Position numbers and translations under genes: made by a program | In this document: positions 12,746 through 24,704 of the stretch, piece by piece | Layout of the letters: every line of letters starts with the position of its first letter | Position numbering within the stretch: the first letter of the stretch is position 1 | Notes under the pieces: generated by a model | What the model saw: the letters and a program-made list of their open reading frames with translations, nothing else | Database searches by the model: none | Told to the model about the DNA's origin: nothing | Origin: Selaginella moellendorffii | Lineage: Eukaryota; Plantae; Lycopodiophyta | Direction: 5' to 3' | DNA length: 64,000 bases | NCBI RefSeq assembly: GCF_000143415.4 | Contig: NW_003314318.1 | Location: 434,001 to 498,000 of the forward strand

Positions 12746-13639
12746 TTTTCCTGATGAAACTAGGCCTTATGCTTTGTCCAGGCATTGCTGTGCTTGCCAC
12801 ACTACTTTGGCCACGCTTGTCATGTTAATCACTCGGTAAATTTTCCTGCTTTTTGGAACCATCGAGCTGGCGTATACTTGTCATCGGTTCTGTTCACGGA
12901 AGGAAGATGGGTTCCACTATCGCCTTCGTCATGTACATATGCACGAAGATGAAACACAAGTACGAAGTGAGGCACAGGGTGGCCGGCCGGGGCCCTTTCC
13001 TCGCGGGGAACTGTTGCGACTAGCACGTATCTGATGCAGAAGAACAACGGGAGGTAAGTGTTAAACCTGTGGAAAATCCCCACGGAGTGGTTATTCGAGC
13101 AGCTGCCTGGAGAACTTTATCCGCAGCCTCGCGAGGAGGTTTTGGAACGAGCAGAGAACGCCGCCGCCGCCAATAACGAGGCCGCTTCTGCTGAGGAGGG
13201 GGTTCGAGGATGGTGGCGGACAACGACGAGCTAAGAGCTGGCTCGTCCGTGAGCGAGGACGATTCTCTAGGAAGTATCGAGAGACGGGGATCGCCTACTT
13301 GCTTGGCCACGGCGACGTGTGAGCTCCGAACTCGTTCTTTCTCAAGGAAGTGCAAGCATTCCGCCCGGCCTTGTACTCCAGCTTGAAGAGCGGACAGTGG
13401 TAAGTTCTTTGCGGAAGACAACTAGATCGAGGACAGCAGCGGCAAGATCATGCGATGGTGGCGCCACACGGTGATTGTCCGCAGCCAGACCGCCTGTGCG
13501 TAGTCTCGGAGGACAAGCGTTGATATATTCCAGACATGAGAGGAGGCTCTACGTTTGGAATCCTTTTCTCGGGAAGAGTGGGCTGATTACGCCTTGCCTA
13601 ACAATGCCAACCTTGTAACTTGGAAATTCAAGCTCTATG
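12746..13639 (+). pseudogene. Fragmented KUP 3' half plus F-box remnant from the older duplication, with an internal inversion
   Basis: Collinear blocks matching 7147-8160 and 8500-9015 with many small deletions; about 12990-13081 is the reverse complement of KUP about 7554-7660. Confidence 0.85.
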
Positions 13640-16600
13640 TGTTGCAGCTGAAATCCAAGGTGTGATAGGTGCCTTGAATCAGCCACATTCAGCAGCAAAT
13701 TTCAGGAGAAAATTCTGGATGTAGCTAATATATAGCTAGTGTTTCTTTCTTCTTTTTGAAGTAGTTGTTTCCAGTTTCCTTCTGAAAAGATCCTGTTCAT
13801 TCTTTGCTCTCCTTCTGGCACTTTGTCATGGTATCGGAGCAGGATCAAAAGGATGGAAATGCTGCCACCGTCACTTTCTCAAATGGCCATTCCATTTCCT
13901 TTTTGATGGATCTGGAAACTTCTCAAGCTAGAGGCCAGATGGAACTCATCCTCAAAGGTGAGTGAGTTTGGGGCGTTGTCAACGGCAACGAGCTGAAGCC
14001 AGGAGCTGATGCGGGCTATCAGAAGGTGGATACCTGGAGTTGGCATGAGGACAAGGGCACAGCAACAATCAGGCTCACAGTGATGGAAAGTGTGCTAGAT
14101 GATCTTGCCCTCAGTGAGAATTACACCAGTGGTGAGCTGTGGAAGAAGCTGTGTGAGAAGCACAAGCAGCAGACACATGTCCAGATTGGCCATCTCTACA
14201 CAGAGATGGTCAACATGCGGTGGACAGAGTCAGAAAGCTTCGACCAGTTTGTGGATGACATGAAAAACATATACTTGCAAATTCAGGAGTCAGATAAGGA
14301 GAACAAGTTTCCTCCTTCTCTTCAGAATTATTTATTTCTTCGTGCTCTTTCTAATTCTTTCCATTCTCTTTGAAGTAACTTGATGCAGGTTGACAAGCTT
14401 CAACTTAGTCGTGCCATACTTGCCGTCAAAAAGGAGATCATCATGCAGAAAGATGTTGGGATTTTCCACTCCAAATCTGATCTGGCTTTGTTTGCAGGAA
14501 GCTCTTCTAAGCAATTTGTGAAGGAGAAGAATAATAACAAAGCTTCGAAGGATGAGGTTTTTCCAACAACAAGGACTCCAAGAAGAAGAAATCCTGTGGT
14601 TATTGCAACAAGTCTAACTATGAAGAATCTGAATGCAGGTTGAAGATGAAATACTTTCAACAACAACTTCAAAACCTATAGCTCACTATGGACAACTTTT
14701 GGATAAAACTTGTGTTGCTGAGGTCAAAACCAAGCTTTGCAACAATGCCATGATAACTAACTCTTTTATAATTGATTCTGGAACTACTACTCACCTATCT
14801 TGGCACAAAATCATTTTGTCAAGTATAGAAATTGTTTTGGCCAGCATACTGTGCAGCTAGGAGACAATAGTGAGCATGGTGTTCATGGCATTGGTGACAT
14901 CAACATCCAGACATCTCATGGGAACTTAACTCTGACTAGGGTAATGTATGTTCCTACTCTTTGCAAAGATTTGCTATTTGTTGCTAAGATTGCTAATATG
15001 AGGCACAATCTATGTTTTGATCATCAAGCTTGTGTCATTCAAAATGTGCAAATTCATGATGTGGTTGCTATAGCTCCCAAGGAAGGAAATCTATACCAAC
15101 TCAAGAATAAGGAGTCTACCAGCTCTTTGATTCTTGCCTCTGTTGGTAAAGGCACATGTGATCTATAGCATAAGCGACTAAGCCATTGCTCATTGTTTGG
15201 GATTTCCACCTTAAGAAACATGGTAAATGGTTTGGATGTATCTAACGAGTTAACTCTTGCTCCATGTGAAGCATGTGCACTTGGAAAGCACCATTATCAA
15301 CCTTTTAAAGTGATTGGAAGTCGAGCAAGCAATTTGCTTGAGCTTGTCCATGCTGATGTTTATGGTCCAGTACAAATTCCATCTTTCAAGAAAGCTAAGT
15401 ATTTCTTGACTTTCACAGAAGATCTTAGTCGCAAGATTTGGGTTTATTTTTTGAAGAAGAAATTTGAGGTCTTGGATTGTTTTGTAGATTGGAAAGCCTT
15501 GGTATAAAACCAAATTAGTTGTCAAATCAAGAAGCTATGCACAGACAATGGTGGTGAATTTGTGAACAATGCTTTTAATAGCATTTGTTTTTAAGCTGGA
15601 ATCAAGTGCTAACTCACCAAACTATACACGGCTCAGCATAATGGGGTGGTAGTGCGTAAGAATCGCACCATTGTGGACACAACACAATGCCTTCTCACTC
15701 CACAAAAGTTTTGGGCAGAGGCAGTTAGGTATGCTATTTTTCCCCTTAACCGTGGCAGTTAAGGAGATAACCCTAGAAGAGTGCTTTACACATAACAAGC
15801 CTAACATGGCACATGTATGGATTTTTGGATGCATGGTATATCAGCATGTTCCACAAGAGCTACGCACCAAGTTTGATCTGATGGGGGAAAAACTCATGTT
15901 TGTTGGCATGGCTGATTTTAGTTTTTATGCTTACAGATTGATAGATCTTGTGATAGCCACGATTCACATTTGCAGGCAAGAAGAAATGGTATTTTTTTAG
16001 GAAACCCCTTTTTTCTCTCAATCCTCTTTTATTCCTAATCTTGATTTTGTGAATTTTCTAAATTCTTGGTTTTGGAATGATGCTATTCTTGATGTTGATT
16101 TTTCAGATGATGCTCAACACAAAGAAGCACTTAGCAAGGAGGAATTGATCTAGTCATCGAAGTCCCAGCTCAACTTTCTTCCCCAAGATCTGACACTGTT
16201 TTGACTTCGATGGCATCTCTAGCATTCAATGTGGCTACTCTTGAGCCACTTGGACAAGGAAAAAGGGTGAAAATTCCAAGTAAAAAGGCTCTTGAAAATG
16301 CTAAATGCTCTTATGCTATTGCCTCTGATTTGTTGGAGTTTTCGTGCAGCCGCATGTATACTCGAGCCTTCCTCATTCATGGAAGCTATGGCTAGTCCAA
16401 ATGCAAGTCATTGAAAGCGAGCAATGGACCAAGAAATTGAGTCCATCATTCGTATACACACTTTTGATGAAGTGGTTCTTCCAGTTGGAGCTACAACTCT
16501 TGGCAGTCGATGGGTCTACAAGACGAAGCTCAACCCCGATAGTTCTATCAACTGTCACAAAGCTTGGCTTGTTGCACAAGGCTAAAAACAACAATATAGT

Positions 16601-16705
16601 GTGGATTATCTCGAGACATACTTGTAAGTGACTAAATTTTTCATTTTACTTTAGTCACTTAACCACACTTCCGACCACTTGATGGAATCTCACTCACAAC
16701 CTCCA

Positions 16706-17213
16706 TGTGAGACACAAAATCCCTAGGCCCCAAAGTGGAGCCGGAAGGGCGCCACGTGGTAGTGGCCGAAGCGAAAGCCAAACGAGCGTAACACGTTTGG
16801 ACTAAAAGATCCGACTTGGAAGGTCGAGAGTGGGAGTGGAACTCCCAACAAAGTGCTCGAGGAGCGAGCATGAGGCAACCAATAAGCAAGGCTCCAAAAA
16901 GGGACCCAAAAAGGACCAACACATGACACGTGGAAGTGTCCGAGATGGACCTGAGATGGACCCGAGATGGAGTCCGAGATGGACCGAGACGGAGTCCGAG
17001 ATGGAGTCCGAGATGGACCGAGACGGAGTTCGAGATGGACCCGAGATGGAGTCCGAGATGGACCCGAGGTGGAGTCCGAGATGGACCCGAGATGGAGTCC
17101 GAGATGGAGTCCGAGATGGACCTGAGATGGAGTCCGAGATGGACCTGAGATGGAGTCCGAGATGGAGTCCGAGATGGACCCGAGATGGAGTCCAAAGTCG
17201 AGACCGAGACCGG

Positions 17214-17245
<32 letters not shown>

Positions 17246-18340
17246 TCGGGACCGAGACCGAGACCAAGGCCGAGGCCGAGACCGAGCCCGAGTCCGAGTC
17301 CAAGTCCGAGTCCAAGTCCGAGTCTGAGTCCGAGTCCGAGTCTGAGAGGGTGAAAGCCCAAAGCGTTCGTCTCCCAGACCCTGGGGGGTTTGGTGAGCTC
17401 CAAAAGTATAGTAGGGGGAGGATTGTAGTGGAGCCAGTTTGGCCAGGAAAGGCCAGTTTGGCCCAGGAAGGCCAGACCCAGTGTTGGGTGATGAGTTGCC
17501 CACTGGGAAGTCCAAGACTAAAGTGAACACGGACCGACAAGCGGGGTAGCTTGGTGAAGTGTTCAAGAGCCAGCTTTAGTTCCCTCGGGAGATCGACTGG
17601 CCGATGCTCCCAGTCCAAGTGTGGGTGGCACTACCTACTTGGATATCTGTCATGGCTCAACGGAACTTCGCTCTAAGCCCATGGCTAAAGCACCTAAAGG
17701 CGAAAGGTGGGGAGAGTACCCATGAGGCTTGCGTAAGGCCACGGTGTTCTGAAATGTTGTCCCAAAGTCCCAGACTATGGAAAGGAAGAGGAGTAGCCCT
17801 CTGATGTGGTGACAAAGGACACGGTCACCCAGTGAGGAAGTCCCAGAGGACAATTGGACTTAGAGGTCGGGCCTGCGGGCCTTGATCTAGTGGCAGTGTT
17901 GGCGAACACGGCCATCGACAGAGAGGGACTTGGTGGGGACCGGAAAAGAGATATTGGAGAAGGTTATTCCCTAAGTCTGCGAGCATCCTAAGGATGCTAA
18001 GGAGTGGATTTGGGATGATCACTCATGGATGGATGGTCTAATCTATGAGAGACAGGATTGCAATGTAGGTAGTGTTGGACCACCAGTGTGACCAAGGTGA
18101 ATAGGTATGGCCTCAGCGTAACGGGCCGATTGTCGGTGGTACCTTGGGGTGTCGATCATGGGATTGGACACGTGGAGCACTTAGACCAAGTGCAAAGGTT
18201 GAGTGGTATGGATGCCATTCTCGAGGCTAGCAAGCCCCAAGTCCTAACTGGGACTTGTGGAGGTTGTGAATGAGACTCCTCCAAGTGGTCGGAGGTGTGG
18301 TTAAGTGACTAAAGTAAAATGGAAAAATTAGTCGCTTACA
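16706..18340. mobile_element. Solo LTR (family A, 1635 bp) inserted in inverted orientation into the family A copy; TSD CTCCA
   Basis: TGTGAGACAC...GCTTACA is the reverse complement of the host LTR ends; CTCCA at 16701-16705 and 18341-18345. Confidence 0.88.
16941..17346. repeat. GAGATG/GAGTCC/GAGACC hexamer-based tandem array inside the LTR (inverted counterpart about 19255-19650; related array about 19925-20205)
   Basis: Directly visible tandem units. Confidence 0.95.
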
Positions 18341-19840
18341 CTCCATAAGTCCTATTTCAGACTTGGGCTTGCTAGCCCCGAGAATGGCATCCCCGCCACT
18401 CAACCTTTGCACTTGGTCCAAGTGCTCCATGTGTCTGATCCCATGATCGACACCCTAAGGTACCAGCAACTTATCAGCCTATTACGCTAAGGCCATGCCC
18501 CTTCACCTTAGTCACACTGGTGGTCTAACACCACCTGCATCACAATCCCGTCTCTCAAGGATTGTGCCATCCATCCATGAGTGATCATCCTAGATCCACT
18601 CCTTAGCATCCTTAGGATGCCCACAGACATGGGGATTAGCCTTCCCCAATACCCCTTTTCCAGTCCCCACCAAGTCCCTTTCTGTCCATGGCTGTGTTCG
18701 CCAACACTGCCACTAGATCAAGGCCCACAAGCCCAACCACTAAGTCCCACAGTCCTTTGGGACTTCTTCCTCACACGACTGTATCTTTGGTCTTGACACT
18801 AGTGGATGGCTCCTCTTCCTTTTCACAGTCTGGGACTTTGGGGCAACATTTCAGAACACCGTGGTTTTACATGAGCCTCGTGGGTACTTTCCTTGCCTTC
18901 CGCCCTTGGGTGCTCTAGCCATGGGCTTAGAGTGAGGTTCTATTGAGCCATGCCAAGTATCCAAGTAGGTAGTATCACCCACACTTGGACTAAGAGCATT
19001 GGCCAGTCGATCTCCCGAGGGAACTAGAGCTGGCTCTTGAACACTTTACCAAGCTACCTTGCTTGTCGGTGTGTTCACTTTACTCTTCGACGTCCCAGTA
19101 GGCAGCTCATCACCTAACACTGGGTACAGCCTTCCTGGGCAAAACTAGCCTTTCCTGGCCAAACTGGCTCCACTGCAGTCCTCCCCCTTACGATACTTTC
19201 GGAGCTCACTAAACCCCCCAGGGTTTGGGAGACGAACGCTTTGGGCTTTCACCCTCTCAGACTCGAACTCAAACTCGGACTCGGACTCGGGTTTGGTCTC
19301 GGCCTTGGGCTTGGTCTCGGTCTCAGTCTCGGTCTCGGTCCCGGTCTCGGTCTTGGTCCTGGTCTCGGTCTCGACCTCAGACTCTATCTCGGGTCCTTCT
19401 CGGACTCCATCTCAGATTCCATCTCGGGTCCATCTCGGACTCCATCTCGGACTCCACCTCGAACTCCATTTTGGGTCCATCTCGGACTCCAACTTGGGTC
19501 CATCTCAGGTCCATCTCGGACTCCATCTCGAGTCCATCTCGGACTCCAACTCGGGTCCATCTCGGGTCCATCTCGAACTCCATCTTGGACTCCATCTCAA
19601 ACTCCATCTCGAACTCCATCTCGACCATCTCAGACTCCATCTCGGACTCATCCACGTGTTATGTGGTGGTCCTTTTGGGTCCCTTTTTGGAGCCTCATTT
19701 ATTGCTCGCTTTGTACTCGTTCCTCGAGCCCTTCGTTGGGAGTTCCACTCCCGCTCTCGACCTTTCAAGTCGGAGCTTTTGGTCCAAACGTATTACACTT
19801 GTTTAGCTTTCGCTTCGGCTACTACCACATAGCACCCTTC

Positions 19841-20976
19841 TGTAAGGAACCAACTCGCCGAGGTGTCGTAGGCTAAAGGAACCCCGAAAGCATGACCAAA
19901 ATGACAAAGAGTTCATCGGATGGGACCAAGTCGAAGATCGAATCCAAGACCGACTCTAGGACCGAGTTCGAGATAGAGTCCGGAATCGAGTCCGAGACCG
20001 ACTCGGGGACCGAGTTCGAGTCCGAGTTCGAGACCGAGTTCGAGACGGAGTCCGAGATCCGAAATCGGGTCCGAGACCGAGTCCGAGGTCGAGTCCGAGG
20101 TCGGGTCCGAGATCGGGTCTGAGATCGAGTCCGAGATCGAGTCCGAACCCGAATCCGAAGTCGGATCCGAAATCGGGTCCGAGATCGAGCCAGAGACTAA
20201 GTCCAAATACTAATACGGGTCAAAGGGTGAAAGCCCAAAGCGTGCGTCTCCCAGGGGGGGGGGGCTGCAGGGGGTTCCAAAAGTATAGTAGGGATAGTGA
20301 GGTCCAGGAACCAGTTTAGAAGGGACTCTCCAGTGGGGCTCCCAAACTGACTTGAGGTTGGGACTGGGACCGAGGGGCCTTGGGTGGGAGTGAGTATGGA
20401 CTTGGTTGGTGCCGGAGGGGCCATCCAAGGAAGTGCTCAAGAGCAGCTCCCACTCCCGAAAGGGAAACCGATTGCGGTGCTCCCGGCTCATGTGGAGTGG
20501 TGCCCCACTTGAGTACCATGCGGCTCATTGGTCCTCGCCCTTCCTAGGGGCTTGGGCCTTCCTTCGGGATGGAAGTGGGGGGCGAGAGGTACCCATACCG
20601 GGCCGCTAGGCCACGGTGTTTCGCCCCGGCGTCCCGAAGCAAGTGTTGCACTCAAGACTTGGGATTTAGAGGGTCCCATGATCAAGTCTTGTGGTACCAA
20701 AGGATGTTAGGAACCTGGAAGCTTGGTGTGCTTGGCTGCTTGTGCTTGTGGGGAGTGTAGCCGAACCTTAAGTCCAGTCTAACCTGGGGAGTGATTTGGG
20801 AATCCGTGGATGGATGGCTAACACTCCGTTGCTCGTGCAGTGAGTAGCTGAGACCAAGTAGGAGCTGATACCATAGACGAGAACCTTGGCAAGGGAACTT
20901 AGCAAAAGCCAAGGCGGTGTTGGACGGATAGACGAGGTAAGCTAGCAAATTGGAAAGGAAAAATTTGTGGCTTACA
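19841..20976. mobile_element. Solo LTR (related family B, 1136 bp); TSD CCTTC
   Basis: TGTAAG...CTTACA termini; CCTTC at 19836-19840 and 20977-20981; shares the GGGTGAAAGCCCAAAGCG...TCCAAAAGTATAGTAGGG block with family A. Confidence 0.87.
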
Positions 20977-22825
20977 CCTTCCAACTCCACTTTGGGGCCT
21001 AGGGATTTGTGTCTCACAATACTCTCCAGTGGTAAAAATGACGAGTGTTTGAATTTTGCTTGCTTTTGCTACTTACTTTGATCTTGAGATTCATCACATT
21101 GATATCAAGACTGCTTTCCTGAATGAAGACTTGCAGGAAGATGTCTACATTCAACAGTCAGATAGCTACACCCAATTTAGGAAGTAACATCTCATATAAA
21201 AACTCAAGAAATCTTTTATAGCCTTAAGCAAGCCTCAAAAGCATGGTGGTAGAAAATTGATACTTTCTTCAAAGCTGAAGGATTTTTTCCCATCACTCCT
21301 GAATCCAATGTCTACAGCAAGCAATAAGGGAAGTTTTTACTTATTGTTGCTCTTGATGTTGACAACTCACTCTTGATTGGTAACGACTACAAATATTTAC
21401 AGATTTTCAAGGCTAAGCTTGAAATAACTTTTGCTATGGAGGACCTTGGAGAAGCTTGATATTTTCTTGGTCTTGAGATTCACCATGACAGGAAAATAAG
21501 GTCCCTTCATATCTCTCAACAGCAATATTTAACAAAGGTACTTGAGAGTTATGGATATATTGATTGCAATCTTTTTCATTTGCCCATGGAGCTTAATAAC
21601 ATTAAGTTTTTGACAAAAGTTGAGTGTTCTTCCAACAAGGAAGAGCATCAAGCCATGGCAAAGGTACCATTTTGAAATTTGTTTGGGAGTCTACACTATG
21701 GTGTGTAACTGTCTAGATTTGGCTTATGTTGTTATTGCTCTTAGCCAATTTTCTGCTAATCCTGGCAAGAAACATTGGGACATAGCTAAATTTGTGATGT
21801 GTTATGTGAAGCAAACTCTTGCTTTTGGACTATTGTATGGTTCACATGGTGGTTTTGCTCTTGTTGCTTACAGTGATAGCAGCTTGTCAAATGATGAGAT
21901 AGCCATAAATCCACAACAGGGTTTTGCTTCCAACTTGGAACAAGCCTTGCTCTTTGGGCCAGCAAGAAGCAAGCTCAAGTTGCTATTTCCTCCACAGAAA
22001 CAGAGTATCTCTTGTTACCTCAGCTACTTCCAAGGAAATTCTTTGGTTTCAAAAATTTCTTGGAGCTCTTGGGCAATCCTCCACACCAATTACTCTCTAT
22101 GTTAATAACAAGGGAGTTATCGATTAGGCCAATAGTGGCAACACTGGAAGTCTCGACATGTTGCCAAGCATTATCACTGTGTCAAGGATTTGGTACACAC
22201 AGGTTTGCTAACAATTCAACATGTTTCTTCTCGACAACAACTTTCTAACATCTTTACAAAACTTTTGGCTAAGGTTCTATTTGTGGAACACAAAAATTCT
22301 ATTAGAGTCATGGCCAAGCCTTGACTAAGAAGGAAATAGCAATAGTAATCACACCCTTGGCTTTAGGAGGAGTGTTAGAGCTGAAATCCAAGGTGTAATA
22401 AGTGCTTTAAATCATGGAGATTAAAGGCCACATTCAATGGCAAATTTCAGGAGAAAATTCTGGATGTAACTAGTATATATAGCTAATGTTTCTTTATTCT
22501 TTTTGAAGCAATTGTTTCCAATTTCCTTCTGAAAAGATCTTATTCATTCTTTGCTCTCCTTCTGGCACTTTCGCACTATGTAGTGAAGATACAGTTTACA
22601 ATTTTGTGGTTGATCTATACCTTTACTTTGACAGAAAACAACCACTGCACTCCTGCAATGCTGCATGAAGGTCTTATGACCATTAGTCTTGTGGCCAGGC
22701 TTAAAGTGATATAAGAACGGTAAACTATGCATTTAATTTTGTGACGCAGTAAAGAAAAAGGTACGCGTTCCATATTCACAGTTCACGATTACTTCCAAAA
22801 AGAATCAGTCACGGTTTCACCGTGT

Positions 22826-24015
22826 TTAATGGGTGTTTACCATGGAGCACACCCTTCTGATTTCCCCATTGTGCTTGTTCTTCCACCCAATGTATCCCAT
22901 CTTCACCATCGAGGCCGCAAACTGCGACAGAAAGTTGTGCTGCTTGTGCGCAAAGTTCTTGACGTAGTGGCTTGTTCTCGAGTCCTCGTTGAGAACTTGA
23001 TCCGACGTGAGGACCCCGTTTCTCCTGGCCAAGTTCTTGTAGTAGCTGTTGTCGAACACAAACTCCGAGCCTTTGTCCAGCTCCACACGGTTTGGCGACC
23101 CCGGTGCTGGGCACTGCCTCCGGAGATGAGAGAGGTATCTGGGATTGATGGTCGGGTCCGGCTTGCCAGTTTTCGTAAAGTTGTTCAAACGATTGCTGAA
23201 TGTGGCGCAGCCGGCGGTACCAAGAGTGTGACCACCTGTGGTTTGCAAGGGAGTAGCGTTAATGCCTACTTACAAACTGGATGGAAAGAGATGGAAGTTG
23301 AAATCGATTCGTACCTGAGAGAACGACGAGGTCCTGGACTGACAAGCCGCGCTCCTTGAAGTTTTGAATGAGAGCCGACGCATCGCTAAACGGGGATGGT
23401 AAAGTGTTGCCACGTTCCTGGCTGGAAACTCTTCCGTCGTAGCGTCCGGTTGGGACTTGGTAATACTTTCCTCCAAGCTGCAGTGACAACGTCTTAGAAC
23501 TTGATTCAGCGTTTCTAAAAAGATGCTAAGCTTACCATGACGGTCGAATCTCTGGCAGCTATGGCGAGAGTGTCAGCACAGGAGACAACTCCAGGACAAG
23601 CTGCTTCCAACCTCTGCTTTGCTTCCTCAATCATCTCGAAGCCCCTGGCGGACATGAAGTTTGGAAGGGACAATTTTTCCACTTTAGTTCCGTCGGTGGG
23701 AGTTGAGTCCAGAAGAATCGATCCATCACAGCCCTGGAGAACAGCAAAGTTAGAAAACCAGAATCTAAATCTTGTGAAGCTACTCACGTCTACGAAACAG
23801 TCGTGGAAGTGCAAGCGAAGAACTCCTGCTGGTATCGTCCTGTCCCAACCGGCGTGCTTGCTTAGAGTGTCCAGTATGATCCTCTCGGCCTGAGGACAAG
23901 ATCTCGAGTAGCTGTGGTAGCCATGCTTGCGTCCTCCACTCTCACCGTGAGCCAAGACACCCAAGCTCAGTGACAGCAGCAGCAAAACCAAAACGCTCCC
24001 TCTCCAAGTTTCCAT
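22826..24015 (-). CDS. Class III secretory peroxidase, copy 1; exons 24015-23788, 23733-23536, 23477-23315, 23235-22826
   Basis: Signal peptide, [50 protein letters not shown]; canonical 3-intron layout. Confidence 0.95.
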
Positions 24016-24376
24016 CCTCGTTGTAAACTTCTTCAATCACTTGGCACTTCTTCTTCCTCCTCGAATTCTCTTGGCAGTGATCGATGATCCGAAGATGAGT
24101 GCCGTTCCTTGATGAAATGAGCCACTGATACAAGGCTCTTATAGTCCAAGTTACTTGTAACTTAGTCGTCATAAACCGTGTCTGCTGCCTGTGATGACTG
24201 TTTCCAGGCTTAAGATTGACAAGGTCCAAATCCAGAGAAGCTTGCGCTCATAGATTTGAGGAAGTCCAAGCCTGTACGAGAAATAGGAAAATCCAGCCAA
24301 CTAACGTACAAAAGAAAGGTTCCGAAAGGACGTACTTCTGTAGGCCGCGTTTTCTGTTGCATTTCCAAGCTCTGAC

Positions 24377-24704
24377 TTAGTTCTGTTTGTTATGTTTTTT
24401 GCTTTTTCTTCTTCTTCTTCATGATGTTCTTGGCCTTCTTATTCTTCTTGTTTTTCTTCTTTTTGTCTATGACAGGAGCAGCAACGGACAGCGACGAGCT
24501 CGGCCCCGCTGTTGTCTTCATCGATTCCTGGAATGAACCAGCGCAAAGATTGTGGACGAGAAAACACTTCAAACGATCCAAGTATGTACCTCCTCGGAGT
24601 CCGAAAAAGAAGCAACGTGATGGATCTTCAATCCGGTGGAATGCTTCCCTGGAAACAACACACAAGAAAACGAAGAACATCGTAAGACAATACATACATT
24701 TGCT
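24377..24704 (-). pseudogene. 5'-truncated copy (last two exons) of the Lys-rich gene at 32632-33279
   Basis: Near-identical to about 32630-32965; cut in intron 2 at the duplication junction. Confidence 0.85.

Larger units (their letters stand above)
16623..21018. mobile_element. Solo LTR (family A, ~1.6 kb net) inserted in the Copia RT region; TSD ATACT
   Basis: TGTAAG...CTCACA termini; ATACT at 16618-16622 and 21019-21023; removing it restores Copia RT VDYLETYSPVVKM. Confidence 0.88.
13640..22575 (+). mobile_element. Degenerate Ty1/Copia LTR retrotransposon; LTRs 13640-13828 and 22373-22575; TSD CTATG
   Basis: TG...CA termini; CTATG at 13635-13639 and 22576-22580; Met-type PBS TGGTATCGGAGC at 13829; PPT AGGAGGAG; gag, protease (IIDSGTT), integrase (LELVHADVYGP), RT/RNase H fragments with stops and frameshifts; empty site at about 30811 in the duplicate. 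Confidence 0.95.

Noticed and set aside
16941-17346. CRISPR-like repeat array
   Set aside because: No unique spacers, simple tandem units, eukaryotic context
16659-20206. Long RS-, RD-, ES- and LG-repeat ORFs resembling SR proteins
   Set aside because: Stop-free hexamer satellites inside solo LTRs, open in most frames on both strands
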